From: a candidate division WOR-3 bacterium
GTDB lineage: Bacteria; Hydrothermota; Hydrothermia; B15-G9; WFZT01
DNA length: 16,463 nucleotides
Direction: 5' to 3'
NCBI GenBank assembly: GCA_027053075.1
Contig: JALUEE010000037.1
Coordinates: 1 to 16,463 of the forward strand
Made by a program: the position numbers and the translations under genes. Each line of letters begins with the position of its first letter. Position 1 is the first letter of the stretch. Below, in pieces: positions 15,244-16,463 of the stretch. A model generated the notes under the pieces. That model saw nothing but the letters and a program-made list of their open reading frames with translations. It had not been told where the DNA came from and did no database searches.

Positions 15244-15506
15244 AGTGAATTTATATCCACTCAGACAAACATTCCAGAGTCATCTGGAATCAGAGGTGAT
15301 AACTTGATCGTGGCTGGCGAGTCTAAGCTCTATGGCCTATGAGTTCATCTAAATTAAGTGATTTTTGCAAAGTTCCAACCTCCAACACCAGCACTGATTG
15401 AGCATTGACTTATAAATCACCGGCTTAATACATAGATTTTCCCTTGCTTGTAGAAGTTTGCATAGAAGTTAAAGCCAAGAGTGATCTGTGGGCATAATTC
15501 TTGCTC

Positions 15507-15553
15507 TTTCCCCATTCTCCCCTAACCCCTCCTTCCCCGCGGAAGGAGGGGAA
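15507..15553. repeat. REP-like palindrome, copy F
   Basis: Perfect 11-bp stem CCCCTCCTTCC-CCGC-GGAAGGAGGGG (15526-15551) preceded by CCCCATTCTCCCCTAA. It is an inverted, diverged copy of 160-204. Confidence 0.75.
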
Positions 15554-15685
15554 ATTTGGGGCTTTTTGCTGAGGCTTAGTTCCTAATTTGCTGATTCGAG
15601 CGAATACGGTGTCCCGTCCTGATATATGTTTACAGTACAACTCCCCACGTAGATGATTATAAAACTCTTAAAGGAGGTCACTTTT

Positions 15686-16064
15686 ATGCCTGATAACAAC
15701 AAACATTATACCGAAGCCCTAAAACTCAAGGTTATTAGGGAATTTGAAGATGGTGCCTCTATTAGTCATTTACGCAGATAATACGGAATCGGTGGTAATT
15801 CCACTATTCAAAAATGGATAAATAAATACAGTCACAAGGCTCAAAAAAACGTCAAAAATTAAAACAGACAACCAGGAAGAAGTGGAAAGGTTAAAAGAGA
15901 GAATAGCTCAACTTGAGAAGGCTGTATTGAATTTAACAGTAGAGAAGCTGGTTCTTGAGAGCACATTAGAGGTATATGAGGAAGAGTATGGAGCGAGATT
16001 AGGTCAAAAAAAAGAACGCAGATCATCGAGAAGGCGAAGCAGAAAGGAAAGGGAGAGAAAATAA
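15686..16064 (+). pseudogene. IS3-family transposase OrfA (HTH plus coiled coil), disrupted
   Basis: AGGAGG RBS and ATG 15686. Reads MPDNNKHYTEALKLKVIREFEDGASISHLRR*YGIGGNSTIQKWINKY, with an in-frame TAA at 15779-15781. A +1 frameshift in the A-runs near 15843-15858 joins it to ...EEVERLKERIAQLEKAV...EKLVLES. Confidence 0.85.
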
Positions 16065-16339
16065 AGATGGAAGCTATATGCAGAGTTAAAGGTATAAGTC
16101 GGCAGGCGCATTATCAGAAGAGGCGCAGAGAGGAGGGCAAGAGGGCAGAGGAAGAGAAGATATTAACGATGGTAAGGATGATACGAAGGCGGCATCCGTA
16201 TATGGGGGTGAGGAAGTTACTTGTGAAGATGAAGCCAATGATGGAGCAGGAGGGTATAAGAATGGGTAGGGACAGGTTATATGAGCTAATGAGGGCGAAT
16301 GATTTACTTGTGAAGAGAAGGAGGCGGAAGAGCAGGACG
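16004..16339 (+). pseudogene. IS3-family transposase OrfB, N-terminal part only
   Basis: ICRVKGISRQAHY...IRRRHPYMGVRKL...GIRMGRDRLYELMR..DLLVKRRR..RT (HTH_21-like). The frame is open from the -1 slip site at 16006-16013. The DDE core is absent; ORF-track residues after RT derive from the IS256 end. Confidence 0.85.
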
Positions 16340-16463
16340 GACACTTGTCAAGAATTTTGTGTAAACCATCATTTCACTCCTCCTCATAAACTTCTCTAAA
16401 CATCCTGTGTAACTCAGGTAATACACCCTTAAACCTCGGCTCTGGCTTACTCCACACACCTTC
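16340..16463 (-). mobile_element. Right end of a probable IS256-family element, inserted in inverse orientation into the IS3 element
   Basis: Minus-strand terminus TTTACACAAAATTCTTGACAAGTGTC (16365-16340) is typical of IS256 inverted repeats and lies just after a transposase-like stop. The boundary is uncertain by a few nt. Confidence 0.75.
16374..16463 (-). CDS. C-terminal fragment of an IS256-family transposase (truncated by the window edge)
   Basis: EGVWSKPEPRFKGVLPELHRMFREVYEEE* (TGA at 16376-16374). The W......F......L..MF...Y tail resembles IS256 transposases, and it lies immediately before the IR. Confidence 0.65.
   Translation of the reverse strand, partial: EGVWSKPEPRFKGVLPELHRMFREVYEEE

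Larger units (their letters stand above)
15610..16339 (+). mobile_element. Decayed IS3-family insertion sequence, left part (interrupted near 16340)
   Basis: Left terminal sequence TGTCCCGTCCTGATATATGTTTACA (15610-15634, 5'-TG), orfA/orfB organisation and an A8G slippery site. Confidence 0.82.

Noticed and set aside
15195..15260. ORF-track N-terminal extension of the OM receptor
   Set aside because: A strong GGAGGTG RBS and the signal peptide point to ATG 15194.
765..15342. Numerous 60-145 aa ORFs antisense or out of frame to the long genes (e.g. 1870-2190, 11200-11631, 11856-12293, 14467-14871)
   Set aside because: They are shadows of well-supported genes, with no independent motifs or translation signals.
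15451..15470. Direct repeat TAGAAGTT x2 with a 12-nt period
   Set aside because: Only two 8-mers in AT-rich DNA with no linked promoter; could be chance.
15195..15600. Possible riboswitch (cobalamin/TPP) upstream of the TonB-dependent-like receptor
   Set aside because: I could not find a B12 box or TPP core motif, only short palindromes. An Rfam scan would be needed to exclude it fully.
127..15609. Whole region as a composite transposon or genomic island
   Set aside because: The flanking IS elements belong to different families and the cargo includes core genes (mutL, hprK, hpf, ssrA); no integrase or att duplication is present.
15779..15781. In-frame stop in IS3 orfA as evidence of recoding or an alternative genetic code
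   Set aside because: It is TAA, accompanied by a frameshift and an insertion in the same element, and host genes use TAA, TAG and TGA as normal stops; this is simple decay.
15425..16344. Minus-strand ORFs 15425-15640 and 16114-16344
   Set aside because: The first crosses a REP hairpin and the IS3 left end; the second is the pyrimidine-rich antisense of orfB.

Overview
This 16.5 kb window is bacterial chromosomal DNA with all intact genes on the minus strand, bracketed by insertion-sequence fragments. Minus strand, from high to low coordinates: a TonB-dependent-receptor-like outer-membrane barrel, tmRNA (ssrA), and a tightly packed cluster of SPFH/stomatin, comM/yifB, a VanZ-PgpA fusion, hpf/raiA, hprK and mutL. 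These are followed by a GH114 (MJ1477/TM1410) lipoprotein and a probable torD-like / GDT1 / S8 protease operon; the protease has a T9SS-type C-terminal domain and a clean terminator. The left edge is the 3' tail of an IS630-like element. The right edge is a decayed IS3-family element interrupted by an inverted IS256-like element. The intergenic DNA carries a family of REP-like palindromes. The host is probably an FCB-associated diderm such as candidate phylum WOR-3 (inference from protein types only). I see no clearly new multi-gene system. The most unusual signals are a tmRNA whose resume codon is positioned to be CCC (Pro), the same 17-nt micro-hairpin capping two unrelated palindromes, the VanZ-PgpA fusion, the orphan TorD-GDT1-protease operon with a probably leaderless transcript, and nested IS elements. 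All family calls come from recognised motifs; no searches were run.
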